Shown one piece after another: positions 1 to 12,579 of a stretch of 64,000 nucleotides of DNA. The first letter of the stretch is position 1, and each line of letters begins with the position of its first letter. The DNA is from Eledone cirrhosa (taxonomy: Eukaryota). A program made the position numbers and the translations under genes. The stretch lies in contig OZ024762.1 of assembly GCA_964016885.1 (NCBI GenBank), forward strand, positions 16,120,001 to 16,184,000, read 5' to 3'. The notes under the pieces were generated by a model. It did not search any database. It was given only the letters and a program-made list of their open reading frames with translations, and was not told the origin of the DNA.

Positions 1-3000
1 ATATGTACAGGTCAGCCTTGTGAGGGATTATATGTACAGGTCAGCCTTATGAGGGATTATATGTACAGGTCAACCTTGTGGGGGATTATATGTACAGGTC
101 AGCCTTGTGGGAGATTATATGTACAGGTCAGCCTTATGAGGGATTATATGTACAGGTCAGCCTTGTGGGAGATTATATGTACAGGTCAGCCTTGTGGGAG
201 ATTATATGTACAGGTCAGCCTTGTGGGGGATTATATGTACAAGTCAACCTTGTGGGAGATTATATGTACAGGTCAACCTTGTGGGGGATTATATGTACAG
301 GTCAACCTTGTGGGGGATTATATGTACAGATCAACCTTGTGGGAGATTATATGTACAGGTCAGCCTTGTGAGGGATTATATGTACAGGTCAGCCTTGTGG
401 GGGATTATATGTACAGGTCAACCTTGTGGGAGATTATATGTACAGGTCAACCTTGTGGGGGATTATATGTACAGGTCAACCTTGTGAGGGATTATATGTA
501 CAGGTCAGCCTTGTGGGGGATTATATGTACAGGTCAGCCTTGTGGGGGATTATATGTACAGGTCAGCCTTGTGAGGGATTATATGTACAGGTCAGCCTTG
601 TGGGGGATTATATGTACAGGTCAGCCTTGTGGGAGATTATATGTACAGGTCAGCCTTATGAGGGATTATATGTACAGGTCAGCCTTGTGGGAGATTATAT
701 GTACAGGTCAGCCTTGTGGGAGATTATATGTACAGGTCAGCCTTGTGGGAGATTATATGTACAGGTCAGCCTTGTGGGAGATTATATGTACAGGTCAGCC
801 TTATGAGGGATTATATGTACAGGTCAACCTTGTGGGGATTATATGTACAGGTCAGCCTTGTGAGGGATTATATGTACAGGTCAGCCTTGTGGGGATTATA
901 TGTACAGGTCAACCTTGTGGGGGATTATATGTACAGGTCAGCCTTGTGGGAGATTATATGTACAGGTCAGCCTTATGAGGGATTATATGTACAGGTCAGC
1001 CTTGTGGGAGATTATATGTACAGGTCAGCCTTGTGGGAGATTATATGTACAGGTCAGCCTTATGAGGGATTATATGTACAGGTCAGCCTTGTGGGGGATT
1101 ATATGTACAGGTCAGCCTTGTGGGAGATTATATGTTCAGGTCAACCTTGTGGGGGATTATATGTACAGGTCAGCCTTGTGGGGGATTATATGTACAGGTC
1201 AGCCTTGTGGGAGATTATATGTACAGGTCAGCCTTATGAGGGATTATATGTACAGGTCAGCCTTGTGGGAGATTATATGTACAGGTCAGCCTTGTGAGGG
1301 ATTATATGTACAGGTCAGCCTTGTGGGGGATTATATGTACAGGTCAGCCTTGTGGGGGATTATATGTACAGGTCAACCTTGTGGGGGATTATATGTACAG
1401 GTCAGCCTTGTGGGGGATTATATGTACAGGTCAGCCTTGTGGGAGATTATATGTACAGGTCAGCCTTATGAGGGATTATATGTACAGGTCAGCCTTGTGG
1501 GAGATTATATGTACAGGTCAGCCTTGTGAGGGATTATATGTACAGGTCAGCCTTGTGGGAGATTATATGTACAGGTCAGCCTTATGAGGGATTATATGTA
1601 CAGGTCAGCCTTGTGGGAGATTATATGTACAGGTCAGCCTTGTGGGAGATTATATGTACAGGTCAGCCTTATGAGGGATTATATGTACAGGTCAGCCTTG
1701 TGGGGGATTATATGTACAGGTCAGCCTTGTGGGAGATTATATGTACAGGTCAGCCTTGTGAGGGATTATATGTACAGGTCAGCCTTGTGGGAGATTATAT
1801 GTACAGGTCAGCCTTATGAGGGATTATATGTACAGGTCAACCTTGTGGGAGATTATATGTACAGGTCAGCCTTATGAGGGATTATATGTACAGGTCAACC
1901 TTGTGGGAGATTATATGTACAGGTCAGCCTTGTGGGGGATTATATGTACAGGTCAGCCTTGTGGGAGATTATATGTACAGGTCAACCTTGTGAGGGATTA
2001 TATGTACAGGTCAACCTTGTGAGGGATTATATGTACAGGTCAGCCTTGTGAGGATTATATGTACAGGTCAGCCTTGTGGGGGATTATATGTACAGGTCAG
2101 CCTTGTGGGGGATTATATGTACAGGTCAGCCTTGTGGGGGATTATATGTACAGGTCAGCTTTGTGGGGGATTATATGTACAGGTCAGCCTTGTGAGGGAT
2201 TATATGTACAGGTCAACCTTGTGAGGGATTATATGTACAGGTCAGCCTTGTGAGGATTATATGTACAGGTCAGCCTTGTGAGGGATTATATGTACAGGTC
2301 AGCCTTGTGAGGATTATATGTACAGGTCAGCCTTGTGGGGGATTATATGTACAGGTCAGCCTTGTGGGGGATTATATGTACAGGTCAGCCTTGTGAGGGA
2401 TTATATGTACAGGTCAGCTTTGTGGGGGATTATATGTACAGGTCAGCCTTGTGAGGGATTATATGTACAGGTCAGCCTTGTGGGGGATTATATGTACAGG
2501 TCAGCCTTGTGAGGGATTATATGTACAGGTCAGCCTTGTGGGAGATTATATGTACAGGTAAGCCTTGTGAGGGATTATATGTACAGGTCAGCCTTGTGGG
2601 AGATTATATGTACAGGTCAGCCTTGTGAGGGATTATATGTACAGGTCAGCCTTGTGGGGGATTATATGTACAGGTCAGCCTTGTGGGAGATTATATGTAC
2701 AGGTCAGCCTTGTGAGGGATTATATGTACAGGTCAACCTTGTGAGGGATTATATGTACAGGTCAACCTTGTGAGGGATTATATGTACAGGTCAACCTTGT
2801 GAGGGATTATATGTACAGGTCAGCTTTGTGGGGGATTATATGTACAGGTCAGCCTTGTGAGGGATTATATGTACAGGTCAACCTTGTGAGGGATTATATG
2901 TACAGGTCAGCTTTGTGGGAGATTATATGTACAGGTCAGCCTTGTGGGGGATTATATGTACAGGTCAGCCTTGTGAGGGATTATATGTACAGGTCAGCCT

Positions 3001-4330
3001 TGTGAGGGATTATATGTACAGGTCAGCCTTGTGGGAGATTATATGTACAGGTGAACCTTGTGAGGGATTATATGTACAGGTCAGCCTTGTGAGGGATTAT
3101 ATGTACAGGTCAACCTTGTGAGGGATTATATGTACAGGTCAGCCTTGTGGGAGATTATATGTACAGGTCAACCTTGTGAGAGATTATATGTACAGGTCAG
3201 CCTTGTGAGGGATTATATGTACAGGTCAGCCTTGTGAGGGATTATATGTACAGGTCAACCTTGTGGGGGATTATATGTACAGGTCAGCCTTGTGAGGGAT
3301 TATATGTACAGGTCAGCCTTGTGAGGGATTATATGTACAGGTCAGCCTTGTGAGGGATTATATGTACAGGTCAGCCTTGTGGGGGATTATATGTACAGGT
3401 CAACCTTCTGAGGGATTATATGTACAGGTCAGCCTTGTGAGGGATTATATGTACAGGTCAGCCTTGTGAGGGATTATATGTACAGGTCAGCCTTGTGAGG
3501 GATTATATGTACAGGTCAGCCTTGTGGGGGATTATATGTACAGGTCAACCTTCTGAGGGATTATATGTACAGGTCAGCCTTGTGAGGGATTATATGTACA
3601 GGTCAACCTTGTGAGGGATTATATGTACAGGTCAGCCTTGTGAGGGATTATATGTACAGGTCAGCCTTGTGAGGGATTATATGTACAGGTCAGCCTTGTG
3701 GGGGATTATATGTACAGGTCAGCCTTGTGGGGGATTATATGTACAGGTCAGCCTTGAGGGGGATTATATGTACAGGTCAACCTTGTGGGGGATTATAGGT
3801 ACAGGTCAGCCTTGTGAGGGATTATATGTACAGGTCAGCCTTGTGGGGGATTATATGTACAGGTCAGCCTTGTGGGGGATTATATGTACAGGTCAGCCTT
3901 GTGGGGGATTATATGTACAGGTCAGCCTTGTGGGGGATTATATGTACAGGTCAACCTTCTGAGGGATTATATGTACAGGTCAGCCTTGTGGGGGATTATA
4001 TGTACAGGTCAGCCTTGTGGGGGATTATATGTACAGGTCAGCCTTATGAGGGATTATATGTACAGGTCAGCCTTGTGGGAGATTATATGTACAGGTCAAC
4101 CTTGTGAGGGATTATATGTACAGGTCAGCCTTGTGGGGGATTATATGTACAGGTCAACCTTCTGAGGGATTATATGTACAGGTCAGCCTTATGAGGGATT
4201 ATATGTACAGGTCAGCCTTGTGAGGGATTATATGTACAGGTCAACCTTGTGGGAGATTATATGTACAGGTCAACCTTGTGAGGGATTATATGTACAGGTC
4301 AGCTTTGTGGGGGATTATATGTACAGGTCA
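1..4330. repeat. 29-bp minisatellite, about 149 copies, truncated at the window start
   Basis: Unit GATTATATGTACAGGTCAGCCTTGTGAGG with variants (CAGC/CAAC; GTGAGG/GTGGGG/GTGGGA/ATGAGG). Source of all ORFs between 49 and 4165. Confidence 0.98.
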
Positions 4331-4395
4331 TTACACATATATATATTACGAATAAGAGAGGCAGTTTTATTTGTACATCTTTTTATTACATAATT

Positions 4396-4464
4396 CTGTT
4401 ATACGTATTTCGAAGATGTCAGAGTGGTTACATAATAACCTTCTGACATGTTCTCATCAGGCAG
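4396..4464 (-). ncRNA. Minimal type I hammerhead ribozyme-like motif (as found in Penelope-like elements)
   Basis: Minus strand: ctgc-CTGATGA-gaacatgtcagaaggttattatgtaaccactctgacatcttc-GAAA-tacgta-TA-acag. Intact core, long stem II (atgtcaga/tctgacat, ggtta/taacc), palindromic stem III (ATACGTAT), weak stem I with one mismatch. Confidence 0.6.
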
Positions 4465-4502
4465 TTTAAGATGTGTGGCTTTAGTTTTTTCATATGCTAC
4501 TG

Positions 4503-4556
<54 letters not shown>

Positions 4557-4653
4557 CAGTAGCATATATATATATATATATATAAACTCTTAGTGTGAAG
4601 TTTGGGTTTGAAATGAATCTTTTGAGACATCAGCCCAGGAACTTTTCAGACAC

Positions 4654-4687
<34 letters not shown>

Positions 4688-4691
<4 letters not shown>

Positions 4692-5602
4692 GTGTCAGAA
4701 AAGTTCCTGGACTGATGTCTCAAAAGATTTATTTCAAACCCAAACTTCACACTAAGAGTTTTCTCCTTCAAAGTAATCCCCCTGGAGTATGTAACTGTAA
4801 TCTTAGCTCTCTGCAGCGATCAAACTTTTTTCTTCATAATTTTATATACATGTCCTCTGTTTCAGGTCGTCAAGCAATGAGCACAGAGCAACGAACAAAC
4901 TTGAAGTTTCTGGTACAGTTGGGGAAAACTCCGTCAGAAGCACTGGGATTGCTGCAGCAAGTGTAAGGAGATGAGACGATGTCACGCTCACGTGTTTTTG
5001 AGTGGTGCAAGAGGTTTAAAGAAGGACGCGAGGACGTGGAAGGTGACTCCAGGAACGGAAGGCCCTCAACAACCAGGACTGAGGTCAATGTTGAGCACAT
5101 CAGGCAGATGGTGCGTAGCGATCGTCGGTTGACTGTTCGACTGATGGCAAATGAGCTGGGCATGAATCGGGACAGCGTCTGGAAGATTCTCACTGAAGAT
5201 TTGGACATGCGGAAAGTCTGCGCGAAGATGGTGCCAAAACTGCTGAACGATGACCAGAAGGTCGACACATGCAAGTGTGTCAGGACATCCTCAAGCGTCT
5301 TGAAACCGAACCAGACTTGCTAGGGGACAGTCATCACCGGTGATGACTCATGGATCTTCGAGTACGACCCGGAGGGGACCCGTTTTGAAGACGTGGACAA
5401 CATCAAAAAGGCCGTGACGACGGAACTGCGGAGGATCCCGGAAGAATCCTTCCAGGAGTGCATGCAAGCATGGCAGAAAAGGATGGAAAAGTGCATTAGA
5501 CTCCAGGTGGATTACTTTGAAGGCGAAAACTCTTAGTGTGAAGTTTGAGTTTGAAATAAATCTTTTGTGACATCAGTCCTGGAACTTTTCTGACACACCT
5601 CG
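4688..5602 (+). mobile_element. Non-autonomous mariner (Tc1/mariner) element, internally deleted transposase
   Basis: Long TIRs (GAGGTGTCAGAAAAGTTCCTGGACTGATGTC... / ...GACATCAGTCCTGGAACTTTTCTGACACACCTCG), TA flanks. Mariner HTH residues SRSRVFEW..RFKEGREDV..D.R.GRP, KMVPKLL, VITGD.SWIFEYDPE joined directly to the C-terminal ...KRMEKCI...DYFEG. Stops and frameshifts present. Confidence 0.92.
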
Positions 5603-5870
5603 TATACATAGTTTCAAAAATAGCTCGCATGGTTAAGTCTTTAGAATATGATTTCAAAAGAGGTGAGCACAGGATAAAGACAATGGAAAAAACAACGGAA
5701 CAATAGATAATCCCCTCTCAGTCAACATCTGGAAATCACTACAGTTTCAGTATTTTAAGGATGATACAGTTCATTCCAGTGCACATTGGGATGAAACAAA
5801 ACAGAGACGAAGACAAGACAGGTTATGCCTTTTGGTGAATTACACAAATAAGGATATCTATATCTATATA

Positions 5871-6753
5871 CAGGGTGCGGACGATATTTGTTCGCAAGAT
5901 TACTGTCTATGAAAAAATAACACAGTAGTTTTATTTTTTAAGATTTATTTATCAAACTTGGGTCAGTTTGTCTTCATGACTTGTTCTTTCCATCTCACCC
6001 GATAAACCCGCCATTGGCTTTGATGACGACCTCAAGGCAGCCTCAGAACCGGCTACAGGCCTTCGTCACTGTCCTCCGACTTAGGCCCCTAAAGGCATTT
6101 GTGATCCTGGCCTTCAGATCGTCTTTCGTATTGCAGCTAGATCTGTTGGTGTCTCGTTCCACTGCGCCCCACACAAAGAAGTCGAGGGGGTTGCAGTCAG
6201 GCGAGCTGGGAGGCCAGATGTCAGGTGAAGTGTGGCTGATGAAGTTCTCTGACAGCTAGGCTTGGGTCTTTCGGCTGGTATGGCAGGGTGCTGAGTCTTG
6301 CTGCCACACGTACAGCCTACCTGGTCGAACCAGGGCTTTACTACCTCGCTCAGAACGCGGATGTAGCCATCGATGTTCAGCGTGAGGCCCTCAGCAACGA
6401 ACTCGGGCGTTCTGAAGGCGTCAGATCGTCGATCATGTGTTTTCCTCTCTGATGTTGCTTCGTAGTCGAATCCTGAATCTTCCAATTCCTTTCTGACCTT
6501 TTCCACCATTCTCCTGCTGACGCTGAGAAAGTCTGAAATTTCCTTATTTGTTCTCCCGGTGCGGATTCCAAGAAGAACTCCGTGTCTCTTCTATAAATTT
6601 GGAGGTTCAAAATTATTCATAATCAATTATTCTGAAAATAAATAATGGAAATATAGTCACTGTTTTTATGAAGACAAGAGTGACAACGGAAGTAAAAAGA
6701 ATTTGCATAAAATTAGCAGTTGAAAATTGCGAACAAATATCGTCCGCACCCTG
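5871..6753 (-). mobile_element. DD37D (maT-type) transposon remnant
   Basis: Perfect TIRs of about 27 bp (CAGGGTGCGGACGATATTTGTTCGCAA) flanked by TA. Minus-strand translation VWQQDSAPCHT...IWPPSSPDCNPLDFFVW has 37 residues between the last two Asp and an in-frame stop. Confidence 0.88.
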
Positions 6754-6900
6754 TATATATAATAGTTGTAAAATAGTGATGATACACATACACACATACA
6801 CATTATATATAATTCAGGTTTACTTTATCTATTTATCAGAACAAATATTTTTTCAATGAAAAATTGATAAAAAAATCTTTTTTTCTTTATAAAATTTCAG

Positions 6901-6963
6901 AACATGGACAAAGTTTTTGTTAAATGGATGAAATGGTATGGTAAAAAACATGGACAGTACCAG
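6901..6963 (+). CDS. DOT1L: DOT1L histone H3K79 methyltransferase, internal exon (NMDKVFVKWMKWYGKKHGQYQ)
   Basis: tttcag acceptor, gtacat donor, 63 nt, phase 0/0; matches the DOT1L WMKWYGKKH motif. Confidence 0.95.
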
Positions 6964-7024
6964 GTACATTATAAGTTTCTTAGATTATTATATTTACAAT
7001 TCTCTTGGTGTTTTTATAGTTAAA

Positions 7025-7290
7025 AGACACCAATACACTCTGTAAACTAATGGCATTGATGCAATGTTAAAATACACCCAGTACACTCTGTAAACTAATG
7101 GCATTGATGCAATGTTAATATACACCCAGTACACTCTGTAAACTGATGGTATTGATGCTATGTTAAAATACACCCACTACACTCTGTAAAGTGGTAGTAC
7201 TGGAGCCATGATAAAATACATCCAGTACACTCTGTAAAGTGGTAGTGTTGTTGCCATGATAAAATATACCCAGTTCACTCTGTAGAGTTT
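7025..7290. repeat. Degenerate 48-bp tandem repeat, about 5-6 copies, SINE-derived
   Basis: Unit CACCCAGTACACTCTGTAAACTAATGGCATTGATGCAATGTTAAAATA. Confidence 0.8.
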
Positions 7291-7467
7291 TGGTGCTTGT
7301 TTCACAACAAAATGCACATAAGTGCATCAGACTGTGACACCCTGTGTCTCATCTCAGACCTTTAAATCCTGTTCAACCCATGGAAAATAGATGTAAAATT
7401 ATCATCATCATCAGCAATATTAATTCATTGTTAATTAGCAAATGCAATTTATCTGTTTGTATTTCAG

Positions 7468-7523
7468 TTGGAGAAAGGTGACTTCTTATCTGACGAGATG
7501 AAGGAAAAAATAAACAATGCAAC
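7468..7523 (+). CDS. DOT1L: DOT1L internal exon (LEKGDFLSDEMKEKINNA[T])
   Basis: atttcag acceptor, gtaagt donor, 56 nt, phase 0/2; GDFL motif of the SAM-binding fold. Confidence 0.96.
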
Positions 7524-8170
7524 GTAAGTACCCCACTTTTCAAATCAATCTACCCTCCACCCACAACATGTTCTCTCTTCCAAAGTCTCCCTCTCCTCTT
7601 TTACTTTCATCTCATTACAGTCAGTTCTTTAGCATTTAAACCGGCTGTATCCAGCCAGAAATCTCTCACCCTTTTCTGTTCATACTGGCCATAACCGGCT
7701 GCTCATACTGACGTTAAGGTATTGTTCTCAAAATAAATAATGTCAAAATCTCATAGATTCAATATTATGTGAGATAAAGTGTTTATTGTGAAGATACAAT
7801 AGTAAATATAAAGTAATCTAAATGGTAAAGGGTTAAATGTCCATATAGAGCTAGTAAGCCATGATAAATTAGGGGAAGTATTTAGTACTTCTTAACAGTT
7901 GAGATTAAAAAACTAGATAGGCAGATAAGGGAATTTAAAATAAAAATAAATAAAATGAAATAAAAAATTTAAATATGGAAGAAAAAACGGTAAGCATGGA
8001 AAGCTGTAAAGCAGGTATCTATCTATTCCATCTGTGGAATAGATAGATTACTTGACAATCATAAGGTCCCACCACCACACTGTGAATTACATTACGGATA
8101 TATGTATAAAGCCTGGTTAGTTTCTCAATTGATATATCTCAATATATCGTTTAAAATTATTTAAAGTATA

Positions 8171-8206
<36 letters not shown>

Positions 8207-8208
<2 letters not shown>

Positions 8209-8496
8209 TCATCATTTCATCATTTCATTTTACGTCCGCTTTTTCCCTGCTTGCAAGGGTGGGACGGGAACTGATTCTGGCTTAATTTCTACAGCTGGAT
8301 GCCCTTCCTAACACCAACCTCATTTACAGTGAGTGCTGGGTGCTTTTTTGCCGTGGCACCTCCACGACCACTTTGCAGTGGAGTGATAGGGTCCCCTGTC
8401 CCTATCATCTCATTTCTACAGCTGAGTAAACTGGAGCAATGTGAAATAAAGTGTCTTGCTCAAGGAAACAACACATCACCCGGTCTGAGAATTGAA
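8207..8496 (-). mobile_element. tRNA-derived SINE, 5'-truncated, with RTE-type tail
   Basis: Near-identical to copies at 42706, 44340 and 61105; (ATG)n tail. Confidence 0.85.
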
Positions 8497-8536
8497 TATA
8501 TATATATATATAGAATTGAATAAATATATATATATA

Positions 8537-8817
8537 TAGAATGTAGTGTGCAAGAGAGGAGACTGAGGTGGTATGGACATGTGATGCGCATGGAGGATGA
8601 CCGATGGGTGAAGAAGTGCCAGGAAACGCCAGTTGAAGGAAGACGTGGGAGAGGTAGACCACGAAAAACATGGGCGGAGGTGGTGAGAACAGACCTCAGA
8701 TCGCTGAAGCTCACGGTGGAGATGACGAAGGACCATGACAAGTGGAGAGATGCTGTGCTGAATAAGACCCGTCCCACCCTTGCGAGCAGGGAAAAGCGGA
8801 CGTAAAATGATGATGAT
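8537..8817 (+). mobile_element. RTE-clade LINE 3' end fragment
   Basis: RRLRWYGHVMRM...GRRGRGRPRKTW C-terminal motif; (ATG)n tail. Confidence 0.9.
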
Positions 8818-9309
8818 ATATATATATAGTAACAATAAATTGAAGATAAAATCCGAAGAGGGCTTCATAAGGATTATATATATACAGAATTTATCTATCT
8901 ATTTAATCTCTCTTACGGACGATATGTCGATTTTGAGAATGTAAGCAAAACACTTCTTTCCTTTTACCCGTAGTTGACTCAATAAGTAGTTTTAAACTTC
9001 TATTTATGCCAGTCTAGAATTCAAATTCTCCGTTTTTCTTTCGGATTTTCAATTAATATTTTACATGTTTTTAATAATATGTCTCATTCTGTTGGACACT
9101 TCCTAAAAACTAACCTTCTCCTAAAGTTACCATTTCACGCCCTCCCACCCTCACACACCACCATTGCTATATGGTCCAATCATAACTCAGCGGCTTATAG
9201 TAAGTTCTCTAACAAATCAGTATAGCAAAGCTACCACCTCGGTTACTACTCCTTAAGTTTAGACCTGTTTGATGGGTGGACTGCGGAATTTGGAAAGTCT
9301 AAGCCCTCA

Positions 9310-10645
9310 ATGACAATGTCACAGATAAAGATAAATTCACCTCCCGCTGCAGGACGAGAATACAAGGACCCCTCTTTATTTCAGACACGGATGACCAACA
9401 TAATTCCGTCTCCCACAACCCTCCTCACCCCTCAAACCCATCCATCCCACCCTCCCAACTTCAGAGTTGGTACCATGAATGGTCGCTCAAATGAGGTTGT
9501 AGAGATGCTTGAATGTAAAGAAGTTGATGTTTGTTGTATTCAGGTAAACTATCTAAGAACATAGATTTTATATGTGGCCGATGCTCAGGTGCAATAAGTA
9601 ACAAGTGCCCACAGGATACTAGCTCCTTCTATTGCCTAGATGGTTCTATAGAAATAGTGGACACCTTCTGTTACCTGGGTGATGAAATCAGCAGTGGTGG
9701 AGGGTGTTCTGAAAGTACAGTAGCCAGAGTCAGAACGGGATGGAAAAAGTTCAGAGAGCTTATACCACTGTTGGCCACAAAAGGTTTCTCTCTAAAAATG
9801 AAAGGCAGATTCTATGATGCCTGTATACGAACAGCAATGCTACATGGCAGTGAGACATGGGCATTGCGTGCAGAGGACGTGCGCAGACTGGAAAGGAACG
9901 GAGCATACATGTTCCGTTGGATGTGTAATAGTAATATACGTGAACGGCAAAGCATAAATGAACTAAGTGAGAAATTAGGAATAAGAGGGATCAGATGCTG
10001 TTTACTTGAGAGAAGACTACGTTGGTATGGCCACGTGATGCGCATGAAAGACGACAGCTGTATAAAAAAGTGCAGGGTGATCAAAATTGATGGTAGTTAC
10101 GGAGTAGGTAGAGCCAGAAAAACCTGGGACGATCTGATAAATTCCGACCTTACACACTTACACCTCTCTAAGACAATGTCACTGGACCGAGATCTTTGGC
10201 GCTACGCAGTAATACAGAAAACCTGCCTTGCCTATGTACAAAGTGAAACCTACAGTCAGTAGGCACCTCTTAACCAAATATACACCCCAATCCACTACCC
10301 CTACCCTATCCTCCCACTCCCACCAACACCACCCTCTCTCTGTAAAGTTGGTACCACAACATCCAGTTCAAATAAATGAGATAATGAGATCGAGATCGTG
10401 TAGGTGTCACAACAAAAAAACACAGTCCACGCTGTAATGTGGCTGTGTAGGTAACACGGTAAAAAGTTCCCAGTTCCACACTGTAAAATGTGGTTAGTGT
10501 TAGGAAGGGCATCCAGCCGTAGAAAACCTGTAGGATAGTCCTATATGAGCGAGGCACGGTCACCCGACCAACCTTGCCTCGAGTGGGACAACTCCCATCT
10601 AACCCATGCTAGCGTGGAAGATGGATGTTAAACGAAGATGATGAT
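9310..10645 (+). mobile_element. RTE-clade LINE remnant (second subfamily) with a large internal deletion
   Basis: Endonuclease N-terminus (VGTMNGRS.EVVEML...DVCCIQ) abuts the post-RT region (FCYLGD...MLHGSETW...RRLRWYGHVMR) near 9540; 3' UTR ends in GATGATGAT. Confidence 0.85.
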
Positions 10646-10683
10646 ATAAAGTATATATATAAACTCGTAGAGCAAATATTTAT

Positions 10684-10718
<35 letters not shown>

Positions 10719-10961
10719 ATATATCTTCCTGAGTCAGTTTTCTCGTTGCTTTGGTCACTGCGGCTGGCTTACCAGTTGCTGTCTAAACGTAATGTTATAA
10801 CTCTAAGGTAAAATACCTTATTGAGTGCTTAGCTGCACATTCCGATTGCATTCGTTAGCTTAGCTGCAGCCAGAGCTTTGATTATGCTGTACTTCCATTT
10901 ATATATATACACTAGTTTACACAATATATACAATTATCTATTTATTTTTCTTCTCTTTCAG

Positions 10962-11010
10962 TGTGATATTTGTAAATAATTTTGCTTTTGGACCTCAAGT
11001 TGATCATCAG
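10962..11010 (+). CDS. DOT1L: DOT1L internal exon (VIFVNNFAFGPQVDHQ)
   Basis: Polypyrimidine tract + cag, gtaata donor, 49 nt, phase 2/0; hallmark FVNNF motif. Confidence 0.97.
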
Positions 11011-11381
11011 GTAATATATTTTGATTTTCTCCTCACCTTTGTTATACCAACCTACCTGAAACTGTTAGTTCATATTTATCTAAAAAACCAAAAAAAAAAC
11101 CATTGTAAGAACCTTTGTTAAGTTATGTTCCAAATAACCAGCTTACTAATGAGAAAGTTAGTTATTTTACTCAGTCCTTTCAAATTCTTGGTTAATATCA
11201 AAATTATTTGAAAATTATAGAAAGTGTTTTAATTCTAAATATGGTATAGCGTAGTGGTTAAGGTGCTGGGTTGGCAGTCATGTGGTCATGGGTTCAATTG
11301 ATGGATCAGGCAGCCAGCATATTGATTTCTTGAGTAAGATGATAGATTCCACATTGATTTTCATGACATACGATCAGGGCC

Positions 11382-11688
11382 TCTATCATTAAAATACCTG
11401 AGAAACCTCTTGTGAGATATAATCTTGTAAGAGGCCAGCTAAACCTACAGAGGTGAAGACTGTAACAGGACCATAATAAGATAGGTACATCTATCATTAA
11501 AACACCTGAGAAATCTCCTGTGAGATACTACCTTGTAAGAGGCCAGCTAAACCTAGGTGAAGACTGTAACAGGACCATAATAAGACAGGTACATCTATCA
11601 TTAAAACACCTGAGAAATCTCCTGTGAGATACTACCTTGTAAGAGGCCAGCTAAACCTACATAGGTGAAGACTAACAGGACCATAATA
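11382..11688. repeat. Tandem repeat of about 105 bp, 3 copies
   Basis: CTATCATTAAAA(T/C)ACCTGAGAAA...GTAAGAGGCCAGCTAAACCTA...CAGGACCATAATA repeated three times. Confidence 0.9.
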
Positions 11689-11874
11689 GGCAAAATAAGT
11701 TAGAGGCCTCCATGTTGCTCATACACTCCATATTTGGCTTGGTTTCTATGGCTGGATGCCTTTTTAAAGGCCAACTGGTTTGCAGCATGAACTGGGAACA
11801 TTTTATCGTGACTCTGGCACTACCACCATTATTTAGTTATATATCTACATACATGCACACACACTCATGTATAA

Positions 11875-12210
<336 letters not shown>

Positions 12211-12314
12211 TAATCTTTTTTTTGTGGGGATGGGGGTTTGTTTTATGACATACAGCAAGCATTTTTTTTAGACAGACAGACTTCTCATGGGGAAGTAATT
12301 GGCCTAAAAAGACC

Positions 12315-12579
12315 AGGCTGGCTTCTTGTGGGGCAGTAATAAGTCTAAAGATTGACAGATACTAGAGTATACCCCTTTTTCAGCAGGCTGGTCTTTTCTG
12401 GGGCAGTAAAAAGTCTAAAGATTGACAGATACTATAGTATACCCCTTTTTCAGCAGGCTGGTCTTTTCTGGGGCAGTAAAAAGTCTAAAGATTGACAGAT
12501 AATATAGTACACCCCTTTTTCAGCAGGCTGGTCTTTTCTGGGGCAGTAATAAGTCTAAAGATTGACAGATACTATAGTA
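12315..12579. repeat. 70-bp tandem repeat, about 3.8 copies
   Basis: GGGCAGTAA(T/A)AAGTCTAAAGATTGACAGAT...CAGCAGGCTGGTCTTTTCTG with a period of 70. Confidence 0.92.

Noticed and set aside
49-4165. Overlapping ORFs with YMYRSALW / IICTGQPC / LYVQVSLV repeats
   Set aside because: Translations of a 29-bp unit (not a multiple of 3) cycling through all frames.
1-4330. CRISPR-like array
   Set aside because: Units are contiguous with no unique spacers, there are no cas genes, and the context is a eukaryotic intron. The same applies to the 40-, 50- and 55-bp arrays.
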